Virus record (IMG/VR): IMGVR_UViG_3300018059_000546
DNA: 64,000 nt
Strand: one strand, 5' to 3'
Source: a virus
The translations under genes and the position numbers were made by a program. Under the pieces are notes generated by a model, which made no database searches, was not told the origin of the DNA, and saw nothing but the letters and a program-made list of their open reading frames with translations. Below are positions 17,694 to 27,737 of this stretch, piece after piece; position 1 is the stretch's first letter, and every line of letters begins with the position of its first letter.

Positions 17694-17714
17694 CAGCTTA
17701 AATATTTGATGCCA

Positions 17715-19325
17715 TCACTTGAAGAGCCAATTGAAATCAATCGTTCCAGGTATCGGAGCGTCCACCTTTCTGTACCCAGACGTCAAAATCGGTGCTCTAA
17801 TTTCGTTATTCTTCTGTTGTAGAATCTCAGGTTTCAACCCGTCCGGTTCTTTCAAAGGTCGCGAAGACTTACTGATGTGACCCAAAAGAATAGCATCTGC
17901 CACGAAGTCTCCTGTACCCTCACCGTAGACTGCGTCCATGACGTAGACTCCGATAGCTAAAGATACGATCAGATCGTCATGTTTTCCTCGCATGGGACGA
18001 GCTTTTTCACCCTCCCAGATGAAAGTATCTAGCTCTTGCATGAGGCGGCTAGAGTACGTTCTGAGCTTTTTGCGTCTGATGATCGTTTCGAGCTTACTGA
18101 GTGCGATCCTTCTCGTATTCAAATCTGTCACAAATCCTGGCATCTCTTCAGCCGATGGAATGTATCCATCCAGGCGTCCTTTGGGAGCCTTCATGTAGTA
18201 CAGTTTGGGGTACTTCTTGAGCTTGAGATGAGAGCAGGTCATGTATCCGAACGTATTCTGTTCTGGACAGCAAAGAGCGTTGTAGTAACGTCTGCCCCAT
18301 TCGTCAATGAGCTCAGCCAGCTTATCAGGTGATCTCTTTCCACAGTACTCTACAACGACCTCTGCAGCATCTACATCGATGATATGGAATGTGGAGAAGT
18401 CCTTAGCATCTCCTCTAGCAACGTCTGCAGAGATAATATATCGATGTCCAGAAACGGGTGCTTTCCAAACCCAGCAGTCCTTGTTTTCAGGATCTTTCGA
18501 AGGTTCGGTCTTCAAAGAAGTGAGCCATAGCATCTCTTCGTTTTGGAAGAACGTATCTCCCGATCCAATGAACTGACATAGAAGTTCTTGGAGCACTCGC
18601 TTGCGTGATCCTAGTTGACGTGATTGTTCTTCGAACCACGCTTGGTCACGTTCTGGATGTAGATCCCAGGATAGCTTGATGGGATTGAAGTCGTTTTTTC
18701 TGGCTTCGGCGGCCGTATAGAGGTCGTAGTACAGGCCACCGACACCGTTCGGAGTAGAGAGGATGATCGCATTGCCTCCAGTAGAAAGGGTAGGATAGAT
18801 CGAAGTCCATAATTCTTCGAAGTTAGAAATGAATGCAGCTTCGTCGACGATCAGAAGCGAAATGGCCTCAGAGCGACCGGCATTCGATGAAGTCGTGGAC
18901 GCCTGGATGATCGATCCATTGGCGAACCGAACTTCTTGACGGTTCGATTCGAAAGAACTGATCAAAAGCCATGGTGGAAGGCTTTCCATCATCTTTTTGA
19001 CCTTCTTGATGAAGTTCACCGCGGTCGAGAGCTTGGTAGCAATGACAAGGATGTTCTTATCTCGATAGAACAGAGCCAACCAAACAGCGTAAGCGGCTGA
19101 TATGGTCGAAATTCCCAGCTGCCTAGATTTCAGAATGATGTTGAATCGGTGTTCAATGAACTGTTCGATGCAATCTTTCTGGAAATCGTAAAGCTTGAAA
19201 GGGACAGTTCCCCTAGTCGGGTGTTGAACCTTGCAGTAATTCTCAATGAAGTGAATTGGGTCTTTTCCACACTTCACAATTTCGTTAATGTGGAGCTGTC
19301 TACTTCTATCGAAAGCGTTCTTCAT
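17715..19325 (-). CDS. Terminase large subunit (T4 gp17 family)
   Basis: LYDFQ, KSRQLGIST, LLIVDEAAF, LSTPNG, ADVARGDAKDFS, HDDLIVS. Confidence 0.95.
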   Translation of the reverse strand: MKNAFDRSRQLHINEIVKCGKDPIHFIENYCKVQHPTRGTVPFKLYDFQKDCIEQFIEHRFNIILKSRQLGISTISAAYAVWLALFYRDKNILVIATKLSTAVNFIKKVKKMMESLPPWLLISSFESNRQEVRFANGSIIQASTTSSNAGRSEAISLLIVDEAAFISNFEELWTSIYPTLSTGGNAIILSTPNGVGGLYYDLYTAAEARKNDFNPIKLSWDLHPERDQAWFEEQSRQLGSRKRVLQELLCQFIGSGDTFFQNEEMLWLTSLKTEPSKDPENKDCWVWKAPVSGHRYIISADVARGDAKDFSTFHIIDVDAAEVVVEYCGKRSPDKLAELIDEWGRRYYNALCCPEQNTFGYMTCSHLKLKKYPKLYYMKAPKGRLDGYIPSAEEMPGFVTDLNTRRIALSKLETIIRRKKLRTYSSRLMQELDTFIWEGEKARPMRGKHDDLIVSLAIGVYVMDAVYGEGTGDFVADAILLGHISKSSRPLKEPDGLKPEILQQKNNEIRAPILTSGYRKVDAPIPGTIDFNWLFK

Positions 19326-19329
19326 TCAG

Positions 19330-19713
19330 TCATTCCATCGAGAACACAAGATGTCGTCTGTAGTACGACATACGACGTGGGCTAGTAAACGTTCCCGAAA
19401 TCAACTCAAATGCGTCAGTGTCACCAACTTGCTTAAACTTCAGAGAATCGCCACCCAAGTCCTTGTATTCCTTCTTTATCTTCGTCACTGCATCCTTGAC
19501 TAGGGCCTCGGATTCGATCTTACAACGTTCTTGCGCTGTCTGAAGATCATGTGTACCGAAGGTGTTCACAATCGTAGTAAAGACGAAGGTAACCAAGGTG
19601 TCATCTCCGTTGCCAGCAAGTTTGATCTTGACGGATTTTGTAGAATCTTCGGACAGAGATGATCTTCCGAACGTAGTATCAATGCACTGTCCAAGCAAAT
19701 TGAAGTCGACCAT
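19330..19713 (-). CDS. Hypothetical protein
   Basis: 127-aa ORF with TACTTA 8 nt upstream. Confidence 0.7.
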   Translation of the reverse strand: MVDFNLLGQCIDTTFGRSSLSEDSTKSVKIKLAGNGDDTLVTFVFTTIVNTFGTHDLQTAQERCKIESEALVKDAVTKIKKEYKDLGGDSLKFKQVGDTDAFELISGTFTSPRRMSYYRRHLVFSME

Positions 19714-19720
19714 TGTGCTA

Positions 19721-20002
19721 TTAAGTATCCCGTAGCATGGAGAGGTCTACTGAGACTGGAAGAGAGAGCCTTTTCTCTACTTCTTCCTTCAGAGCCTCAG
19801 GTGTCGGACGCCAACCGGTCTTCCATTCTTCCAATCTGCTGTCAGCGAATGTCATCCCGCACTTGTGGCAGCATTTCTTGGCCTCGTAGGAGACTCTATC
19901 CTCGTACGTTCGCATGGCAAACTCGCAGACAGGACAGAACATGGGAATGCCTTCCGATGGGTCTGTTCTCTTGTCAACGAAGACGAAATCCACGTTCTTC
20001 AT
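19721..20002 (-). CDS. Small zinc-finger protein
   Basis: CPVC...CCHKC; ATGA overlap with the upstream gene. Confidence 0.7.
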   Translation of the reverse strand: MKNVDFVFVDKRTDPSEGIPMFCPVCEFAMRTYEDRVSYEAKKCCHKCGMTFADSRLEEWKTGWRPTPEALKEEVEKRLSLPVSVDLSMLRDT

Positions 20003-23000
20003 GAATTTCCGCCATCCAGCTTAGAAAACTCTCCGACCATGCTAACTTCTAGAGTTCTATCCATCATTTCTTTGACCGAATCGTTATGGGTCATGACGAT
20101 CACGAATCTGAAGATCTTCTTCAATTCTGCGAGCAATCCCTTGCAAGCCATGACGTTGTCAGCATCCAACATAGAAAATCCTTCGTCTACGATGAAGAAG
20201 TCTGGCATAGGGATGCAAGATATGTCTCTAAGCGCCACTCGTAAAGCCAGAGAAATAAGGGTTCTCTCCATCCCGGATCCAAGTTCGGCTATCCGCTTCT
20301 TCCCTTTCTTAGAAAGAATGACTTCTAAATTCCCCTTTTCGTCGTCCATCCTAAGTTGAACTGTGAAATCGACGATCTTGGAAAGTAGATCATTCATTCG
20401 ATTGTTGATGTGATCCAAGTGCTGAGACATGATGAACCTTGGAAGTCCATCCTTAGAAAAGATTTCTGTGATAGTCTCTAAGAGATCTAGACGATTATCG
20501 AGTGTCGAACAGAGTTCGATCTGGGTTTTAGTGAGTTCTACTTCTTTGCGTAGACTTCCCAATTCTGAGTGTGACTCGTCCAGTTCTAACTGAACAGTTG
20601 AGTGCCTAGTCCGTGTGGCCAACAAGAGCTCAACCTTTTTTTCATCGATCGTATCGAATTGTGACTTAGTTGATTCGAGCTTTTCATTGACCTTTAGAAG
20701 CGAGTCCTTTCTCGATGAAACCAACGTATCGATAGAACGAAGCTCGTTTACGAACTTCTCCTTCTCCTTGTTCAGATCATCTCTTGTCTTGCTCTTAGAG
20801 AGAAGATCATCGATCTTCAAAACTGCCATTTGGTCGGCAAGATCAGAAACTGCCGACTCTATCTTTTGGTAGTTTTTTCTCAACGATGAAAGAGATTGTT
20901 TGTCCTTATGAGAATCGACTATGAATTTGCACGTGAGAAACTGGTCTCCACAGGGTACCTCCAAAAGCTTGAGAGAAGACTTTTCTGCAGTCTTCAATTT
21001 TTCTGATGCGATTGACAGATCATTTTTAGCTGTTCCAAGAACGTCCTTCAGCTTCATTGCGTCCTTCATTTTTTGGACGATTTGCATTGCATCAATCGCT
21101 GCGATCTTAAAATCTAACTGTAGTACATCATCTTCGTAGGTTGCTTTCTTCTTTTCGCAATCAGAAAGTTGAGATGCTATTGAGTCACTCAGGACGATCA
21201 GTTTTGCCAGTTCTTTTTCCAGAGCACTCTTAGAAAGGAGAGAAGAACCAGACTTGGATATTTCCACTTCAAGTTTTTGAATCGATGCTGAAAGTTTATC
21301 TCGTTCCTTCGTTTTGCTGCCCAGGTCATTTGTCAGTTGGATGATGAGATTTTCTCTCTTCTTGAGCTCATCTCGAAGCATAGTCACAGGAATAGTACTT
21401 GTGACCTTTCTCTCCGTCTTGACAGTATTCATCTCTTTCTTTGCGAGAGAATGGATATCAGACAAGCAATCGATTCCAAGGAATCTCGAAACGATTTCCT
21501 TCCTGACTGTCGATCCTTCTTTCAAGAACTTTCCGAGATCTTCTTGGGCTGCCATCGAGGTCATCATGAAATCATCGACAGAACCGATCATATCTTTGAT
21601 GACCTTGTCGGTGTCGTTTCTCTGTTCTCCTGTCAAATCAGATTTCTTCGACAATGCCTTGAGATGAAGCTTAGTGGCCGAGGCATCTCTATTCACAGGA
21701 TGACGGGTAGATGTTCTCACAATTTCGTAGGTATTGCCATCCACGTCCACCTCGCTACATGTCCTGGACGAATCCTTCGAATCGTTGATGTAGAATGCGT
21801 TCTTCGTACAGTCTCGATCAGAACTGTTGAAAAGTCCGTACAGGAGAGCTCCCAGAACAGACGATTTTCCGGATGCGTTGGGACCGATGATTCCGACGAG
21901 CCCTGATAAATCGGCAAAGTCTATTTCGTTGTTTTCAGCATATGAATACAGGTTGTCGAATGAGAACTTATTCATCGTCCATCGATGAGGCTTAACATTT
22001 CCGACCTTCAATCGGTCCGCATACGAACGAATTTCTACTTCGACATCTTTCCACTTGATATCTGTTTTGACATTGTGGTCAGCATAGTGTTTAGCTTGCA
22101 GCACAAGAGAATCGATGGAATCTAACTTGACAGCTTCAGAAATTCTCTTCTTTACGCTCTTTTCAGCTTTTTGACTTTCTAGCATCACCACTTCGTGAGC
22201 TTCAAAAGACGACAACGTATCTTTAAGGGAAGACTTCTGAACGGCTGTCAAGTCTTCGCAGATAAGACGGCATCGAACGTTTTTCAGATCTACCAAGTCA
22301 GTCGCGATTACGGACTTGTAGTTTTCTGGATTAATAGTGAGAGTGACGAAAGGATTCGCACCTTCAATCTTTACGAACTCTACCTCTCTTTTGCCTGTAT
22401 CAAGATCGATCGTCCACAACAAGTACCCGTGATCTAAATCTTCATCGTAGCTTTGTTGAATAAGAGAACCTGGGTAAGCTACTCTTGGAGGATTGTAGTT
22501 CCCAAGAAATTGGGTCTTATGGATATCACCAAGCATGGCGATGTCGAATTCGTCAAAATCAGAGACGAATTTCTCTCCCTCCATCTCCCAATCCGAAGCT
22601 GTCTTCGCTCCATGAACTGCGCCGTGAAAGCACGCGATATTGTATTTCCCTTTCTGCGCATGCAGGTCTTCCCAATTTTCTGGATCGAATGGACTGTAGA
22701 CACACCAGTTCGCCCTATCGGTGATCGAATACACCCCTGTACGCTTGTACAGTTTCACCTTGGGGTCATCCATGATATCAACGATAGGAGAGACAGCATC
22801 TAGCCTCTCCAGATTCTTCAGATTCCCATCGTGGTTACCCAACATCATATGCACTTCGGCCACTTCACGAAGTGATCTGAGCGTATCGTAGAGCAGATTT
22901 ATGTACTCTGGGGAGATTCCTGACAACTTCGTATGGAAGATGTCTCCACCGATCCAAACGTATTCTACCCCTCTTTTAGCGATGTCTTGTTTGAGGTTTT

Positions 23001-23097
23001 CGAAGACGCGTCTGTACTCATCATGTCGCTGAGTGGACCTGATATGAATGTCAGCGATGTGGCAGATCTTCAGAATGTTTTTGCTTCTAGTTTCCAT
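19999..23097 (-). CDS. Fused Mre11/SbcD nuclease + Rad50/SbcC ATPase (gp47-gp46-like)
   Basis: Phosphoesterase motifs ADIH, GGDIFH, GNHD, FHG, GDIH; Walker A GPNASGKS; coiled coil; signature LGSGME; Walker B FFIVDEGF; VMTH. Confidence 0.92.
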   Translation of the reverse strand: METRSKNILKICHIADIHIRSTQRHDEYRRVFENLKQDIAKRGVEYVWIGGDIFHTKLSGISPEYINLLYDTLRSLREVAEVHMMLGNHDGNLKNLERLDAVSPIVDIMDDPKVKLYKRTGVYSITDRANWCVYSPFDPENWEDLHAQKGKYNIACFHGAVHGAKTASDWEMEGEKFVSDFDEFDIAMLGDIHKTQFLGNYNPPRVAYPGSLIQQSYDEDLDHGYLLWTIDLDTGKREVEFVKIEGANPFVTLTINPENYKSVIATDLVDLKNVRCRLICEDLTAVQKSSLKDTLSSFEAHEVVMLESQKAEKSVKKRISEAVKLDSIDSLVLQAKHYADHNVKTDIKWKDVEVEIRSYADRLKVGNVKPHRWTMNKFSFDNLYSYAENNEIDFADLSGLVGIIGPNASGKSSVLGALLYGLFNSSDRDCTKNAFYINDSKDSSRTCSEVDVDGNTYEIVRTSTRHPVNRDASATKLHLKALSKKSDLTGEQRNDTDKVIKDMIGSVDDFMMTSMAAQEDLGKFLKEGSTVRKEIVSRFLGIDCLSDIHSLAKKEMNTVKTERKVTSTIPVTMLRDELKKRENLIIQLTNDLGSKTKERDKLSASIQKLEVEISKSGSSLLSKSALEKELAKLIVLSDSIASQLSDCEKKKATYEDDVLQLDFKIAAIDAMQIVQKMKDAMKLKDVLGTAKNDLSIASEKLKTAEKSSLKLLEVPCGDQFLTCKFIVDSHKDKQSLSSLRKNYQKIESAVSDLADQMAVLKIDDLLSKSKTRDDLNKEKEKFVNELRSIDTLVSSRKDSLLKVNEKLESTKSQFDTIDEKKVELLLATRTRHSTVQLELDESHSELGSLRKEVELTKTQIELCSTLDNRLDLLETITEIFSKDGLPRFIMSQHLDHINNRMNDLLSKIVDFTVQLRMDDEKGNLEVILSKKGKKRIAELGSGMERTLISLALRVALRDISCIPMPDFFIVDEGFSMLDADNVMACKGLLAELKKIFRFVIVMTHNDSVKEMMDRTLEVSMVGEFSKLDGGNS

Positions 23098-24044
23098 ATG
23101 CTCCCACTGGCACTTTCGATAGTTCTATGAAGCTTGAGCTTCATGATGTCGTATTCTGTCAGAACTTGAGCCTTTTTGACAACTTCTTCCACAGCCACGG
23201 CTGTCATTTGTCCCGGATCTTTGTTGTCTAAGAATACGCATTTTACCGATATTCCGTATGACATGAATCTCTTCGTAAGATACAACATCCTCTCTTGCAT
23301 GTCAGAATCTAACATCAACACAATCGGTGTTCCATTGTACAAAATCTTATCGTGGAGGAGCGCTTCTTCTGAGATTGAAGATCCGAGAATGCATGTGGCG
23401 TTCATACGGCATTTGATAAGATCGAAAGGTCCTTCTACAAGAACGAGTTCTTTCTTCCAATCAATGTTCATTTCATCGAAGACTATCTCAGTTCGTTTGA
23501 TGTCGCAATTCTCGTACTTTCGAAATTGCTGATCTGTGACTATTCTTCCAGTGAAGTAGTTCAAATCTCCGTTACGATCGAACGATGGAACGATGATTCG
23601 ATCGATCCATTTTTCATTTCGAGAATATCCGAGCTTCCATCTCCACATCTCTCTGATTCCGATACCTCTAGATTTGAGGTATCCAACCAACCTATCAGCA
23701 TACTGATCTCCTTGAGTCGCTCCAAGAAGTTTGAAATCTGATGGTAGACACAACGGCATGACATCATCGATTGTTGCCGACTTGTCATGCAAGAATGGAT
23801 TGATGACCTTGTAGTCTTCAATACGGTCTTGGGCGAATTTTTTGAGCAGAGGAAGAAGAGAACGGGCAGACCATCCACACACCCAGCAGTGGTTGACATC
23901 GTCTGTCAACCTGATTGACAACTTCTTTTTCTCTGCCCTGCTGTCGTTACAAATAGGGCAACGAACTGTTATGTTCTCTCGTCGAACGTCACCAGCACCA
24001 AAAATGGACTGAATGAAGTCGATTTTTTGTGAGGCCGTGAGCAT
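23070..24044 (-). CDS. DNA primase (DnaG/gp61-like)
   Basis: Zn finger CPIC...CWVCG, YLKSRGI, RIIVP, FTGR, TOPRIM VEGPFD and LDSD. ATG 24044 preferred; track start is 24092. Confidence 0.88.
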   Translation of the reverse strand: MLTASQKIDFIQSIFGAGDVRRENITVRCPICNDSRAEKKKLSIRLTDDVNHCWVCGWSARSLLPLLKKFAQDRIEDYKVINPFLHDKSATIDDVMPLCLPSDFKLLGATQGDQYADRLVGYLKSRGIGIREMWRWKLGYSRNEKWIDRIIVPSFDRNGDLNYFTGRIVTDQQFRKYENCDIKRTEIVFDEMNIDWKKELVLVEGPFDLIKCRMNATCILGSSISEEALLHDKILYNGTPIVLMLDSDMQERMLYLTKRFMSYGISVKCVFLDNKDPGQMTAVAVEEVVKKAQVLTEYDIMKLKLHRTIESASGSIWKLEAKTF

Positions 24045-24058
24045 TCTACATTTGAATT

Positions 24059-24943
24059 TTACTTCTTCGGTGGTACCTTGTGCATGTGACAAGTTTTTTG
24101 TAGATGGCCGCGGCCTTTACAGAGCTTGCAGAGTCTCTTTTTCCCTCTCAAAGAGGCAGCCATTTTTTCACGCGTTTCTAAAGAGATTGTAAGCTTTTTC
24201 TGAGCAACACTCATTCTCTGTCTAGTTTCATCGTTAGCTTTACGGCCGAGCATACTTTTGATTCCCGGCTTTCCAAACATAGGATTTTTGTCACCTAGTT
24301 TAGATTTTCTAATGTTTTCGGCATGTTCTTTGCTCTTCTTTTTCCCTGTTAGATTTTCACGTAAAATACGAGCAGCTTTGAGAGCAGTTTCAGGATCTTT
24401 CATGGGGTTGTTTTCACGCAACCTTTTTGAAAATTTCTCTCGTTTTTCGAGAGTCCATGATGCTTTCATTTTCTCACGAACTTCTTCAGATGGATTTACT
24501 ATTCCGTCTCCGCCTCGTGTCATATTCGTTCCAATGTTTTTACCCGCCGCACGAGTTCCAAGTTCTGCGACTAGACGAATTTCTAAATCAAGAGCGTCGT
24601 ATGGGCAACATGTTTGGTAGACTATTTGACGATGAATTCCAAATGTAGACGCTATCTTACGATGTTTCGTGTTCCTACGAAAACTCTTGACACGATCCTT
24701 GTTTCCCTTTCCAACGTAGAAAGGTCTTGGAACTACTTCTTCTGTGTAGTCAACGTAGACAAAATACCAGATTTTGCAATCACGTAAGAGTCCATCGTAT
24801 CGTACGCCCAATCGACTATTTTTGATGAACGTTTTTTGGTGGGCCAAACTAGATGTTTGAGATCTCTCTCCATCAAATAGTCTGCTGTTTGCTGCTTGTG
24901 GGTTTTCCCGCATTTCGACACTCGTTGCGTCAAAATACCACAC
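24059..24943 (-). CDS. GIY-YIG-like homing endonuclease with NUMOD3 repeats and C-terminal CCHC knuckle (start uncertain)
   Basis: FVY...PFYVGKG...R...E...NMTRGGDG; NUMOD3-like repeats; CKLCKGRGHLQKTC. Confidence 0.75.
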   Translation of the reverse strand: MWYFDATSVEMRENPQAANSRLFDGERSQTSSLAHQKTFIKNSRLGVRYDGLLRDCKIWYFVYVDYTEEVVPRPFYVGKGNKDRVKSFRRNTKHRKIASTFGIHRQIVYQTCCPYDALDLEIRLVAELGTRAAGKNIGTNMTRGGDGIVNPSEEVREKMKASWTLEKREKFSKRLRENNPMKDPETALKAARILRENLTGKKKSKEHAENIRKSKLGDKNPMFGKPGIKSMLGRKANDETRQRMSVAQKKLTISLETREKMAASLRGKKRLCKLCKGRGHLQKTCHMHKVPPKK

Positions 24944-25284
24944 GTTTTTCTAGCGTGTGAGGCTGTTATGAATTTTGGAGAACTTAATAGTTCTCGAACT
25001 TTCCAAGACACCAATGTGTTGAATCTAATCAACGTCATCAGTGTGTGTGCAGACGTCTTGCCCTGACTATAGCCAAGAGCAGGTTCTTCAATCCAAACTT
25101 CGTAGATTGAGTGCGCGATCAAAAGTTTAGAAATTTCGTCGTGTACGAAATCTACTTTCTTCCAAAAATCATCTATCTTTCTAAGATCAATGTGTGTCAT
25201 CAACACAATAGAAAAATCTTCTTTCAAAATCGTTACACCAACGATAGAAGTAGAGACGTCTAAACCCATAAAAAGATTTGACAT
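24733..25284 (-). CDS. RuvC-like Holliday junction resolvase
   Basis: GLDVST, WIEEP and DTMDSYVIA acidic motifs in RuvC order. Confidence 0.75.
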   Translation of the reverse strand: MSNLFMGLDVSTSIVGVTILKEDFSIVLMTHIDLRKIDDFWKKVDFVHDEISKLLIAHSIYEVWIEEPALGYSQGKTSAHTLMTLIRFNTLVSWKVRELLSSPKFITASHARKTCGILTQRVSKCGKTHKQQTADYLMERDLKHLVWPTKKRSSKIVDWAYDTMDSYVIAKSGILSTLTTQKK

Positions 25285-25286
25285 TT

Positions 25287-27680
25287 TCAAAAATCATGTC
25301 TCAGGCGAAAAAGAAACTTGCTTCGTGAACGTTTGACGATCGGTTGCGCAAGCTGAGCTTTCATGACAACGTTCAAATTTTCATCGTGTAGATTCACATT
25401 AGTGATGTACACGTACCTTTGATCGTCGTCGTTGGCAGAGAATGAAGCAGACAAGGGAACGTACGTTGCGTTAGAAGACGAATTGAGAGTAGCAGGCAGG
25501 GCGAGCACATTCACCTTCATCACGTGAACTTCTTGCTCTCCTCTAAAGTTCACAACGTATCCACTTCGTCCGAAGAATGGAATTTCAGGAGTTTTGATTA
25601 CGGCGAATCCGTCTTCGTACAACACGTTTCCGACGCTTGCCCAAGTTGCGTGTGGAGTTCGAGCGTTCGCCCTGTACAACCCTCCTCTGCCATCATCTTG
25701 GAATGTGATCTTCACTTTTCCGTCGCTGCCCGAGATGTTAGAGTCAGAAACAGTGAAAGACCCCGGCATGATCCTTCCTCCATAAAACAAGTTGCTGATA
25801 TCAAACATCGCAACTTCGTTAGAACTTGCATCTCTAGTTCTTTGGTAAATTGTCAACCCTCTAGACCGAGAGCTAGTTCCAGGTGGCCTCTCGTGAACTT
25901 TACCGACTTCTGGACTGGGACCCATCAAACTATCGAACATCGATCCTGAATCGACGCTTGTCAGAGCATCGTATGTCAGAACACCGCTCATCATATTTTC
26001 TAAGCTGATGAACGATGGGTCATAAGATCCTACAGCGTCGAGTTGGTTCGCATTCCCGTCGGTAAACGTACCTAGAAGAGAGAAATTCGGAACGAAATTC
26101 CCGTCGTCGCAAGGAAGAATCGTGAGATTTCTCTTGACAATTGGTGATTGGTCATACAAGAAATCGTTAGCAGACTTTGCCTGGGTCGTAGCGGCGAGTA
26201 TCGTCGCGGTCAAGTTCAGTAGACGAGGGAATCTTCCGGTCGCGAAATCCTTCGTGAAATTTTCGAGATTGATGTAGTGGCCGCCGACCCCAAAGGAGAA
26301 GTCCACGTTGAATGGGTCGACTGTTGTATCATCTCTTTGGAAGAATGGGGTTGTCGGTACGCCCCCGTATGTACCGACAAGAGTTCTTGTAGGAGATTCT
26401 CTTGTGAAGAAGGGAGGAACATAGAAGAGAACGTTGTCAAAATCTTCTATTCCGCTGCCAGCAGTACGATCTAGTTGAGCATCGTTCAGGTAAACATTTC
26501 TGATGCTTAGGTCATGAACTTCCGCGTTAAGAGGATGTGTGAACCTGTACGTTACTGGAAAGTCTGCTCCTGCAACATCTAGAGATACAAGTCCATCGCG
26601 GGCTGCAACGTCAGCACCAAAGAAACGAGACTGCGCTGATGTTCCTGCGTTAGGACCTTCGTAAAAATTACCAACGCAAAGAACGTCCGGGTACTCTCCC
26701 GTAAAAGCTCTTGGAAGAGCAATGCTCGTAGATGGAATGACGAAGTTTCCAGCGTTCAAACCATCGACAACGAAAGATCCCGTACCACTATTAGTGTTAG
26801 AAGTTCCCCATCGAACTACGACATGGTGCCAGTTGTTTCTAAGGAGAGAATTGTCGTTTGACATGAATGTCAAATTGTTAGCTGCAGGAAGAGCTAGCGA
26901 AGGCAGAACTTCAGAACTTTGACTAAGCTGCAATAGCAACCGAAATCCATTGGGATACCCCTGCCCATCTTTTGAACTACCTGTCACAAGCGAAAGTGCG
27001 TAGGTAGAAGAATAGTGAAGTATCGTTCCGGGCCTAAAATTAGATAACGATTCAGCACGGTCTGTCGTATACCTGGGATTCAGATACATTTCGAACGTGA
27101 ACGCACCTGTCACATTGTACGATGCGCTAGCGTAATTCGCGCTGTCGTAAACGTTTGGGTACAGAAGAACAGAATCGGACGGGACCTTCGACCCAGTAAA
27201 GAAATTCAACGCATGATAGTTCGTGTAACCCCACTGATACGACGGACGAACTGTTCGATAGAACGGCATCAACTTATTTTTGATAAGCAACTTCGCTGTC
27301 GTATCCTTAGTATACGCGAATGATGGTTCAAATCGAAGTATTTTCAGTTGCCTATTTTTACGAACAGGAATTATCTGAGCATCGACTGCAGACATGTACG
27401 AGCTCATCTGTCGAAAGAAACTTCCAGTCGACGATGGGATCACATCGTTAGTTCTAACACCGGCTCTGATGTGTTGAAGTATGCTGTCTACCGATGAATC
27501 ACTCGTACGAGTGTCAGTGAACGCAGATTTGGGACCGACGTCCTTTTGCGCATCTGACCTGCGTGGGAGAACGTAAATCGATCCCGTTGCGCCCGCGCTG
27601 GACGAAGTGAACGTCTGATACGGATTAGCAACTATGGTGAAGTGTTCGAGCTGATCCTTGCCGATACGGAAAATTGACAT
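25287..27680 (-). CDS. Virion structural protein with LamG/concanavalin-like domain (baseplate/tail)
   Basis: FTFEMYLNP...NNWHHVVVRW...FVVDG...EVHDLSI (LamG-like); C-terminal ITNVNLHDENLNVVMKA. Confidence 0.65.
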   Translation of the reverse strand: MSIFRIGKDQLEHFTIVANPYQTFTSSSAGATGSIYVLPRRSDAQKDVGPKSAFTDTRTSDSSVDSILQHIRAGVRTNDVIPSSTGSFFRQMSSYMSAVDAQIIPVRKNRQLKILRFEPSFAYTKDTTAKLLIKNKLMPFYRTVRPSYQWGYTNYHALNFFTGSKVPSDSVLLYPNVYDSANYASASYNVTGAFTFEMYLNPRYTTDRAESLSNFRPGTILHYSSTYALSLVTGSSKDGQGYPNGFRLLLQLSQSSEVLPSLALPAANNLTFMSNDNSLLRNNWHHVVVRWGTSNTNSGTGSFVVDGLNAGNFVIPSTSIALPRAFTGEYPDVLCVGNFYEGPNAGTSAQSRFFGADVAARDGLVSLDVAGADFPVTYRFTHPLNAEVHDLSIRNVYLNDAQLDRTAGSGIEDFDNVLFYVPPFFTRESPTRTLVGTYGGVPTTPFFQRDDTTVDPFNVDFSFGVGGHYINLENFTKDFATGRFPRLLNLTATILAATTQAKSANDFLYDQSPIVKRNLTILPCDDGNFVPNFSLLGTFTDGNANQLDAVGSYDPSFISLENMMSGVLTYDALTSVDSGSMFDSLMGPSPEVGKVHERPPGTSSRSRGLTIYQRTRDASSNEVAMFDISNLFYGGRIMPGSFTVSDSNISGSDGKVKITFQDDGRGGLYRANARTPHATWASVGNVLYEDGFAVIKTPEIPFFGRSGYVVNFRGEQEVHVMKVNVLALPATLNSSSNATYVPLSASFSANDDDQRYVYITNVNLHDENLNVVMKAQLAQPIVKRSRSKFLFRLRHDF

Positions 27681-27737
27681 CTGCTAAAGTAAGTAGCAAA
27701 GGTGGTATTTACTTGCTTTTAGAATATGCACTACTTT

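Noticed and set aside
17715-19325. Intein or intron in the terminase
   Set aside because: 536 aa with contiguous motifs and no Cys...His-Asn insert.
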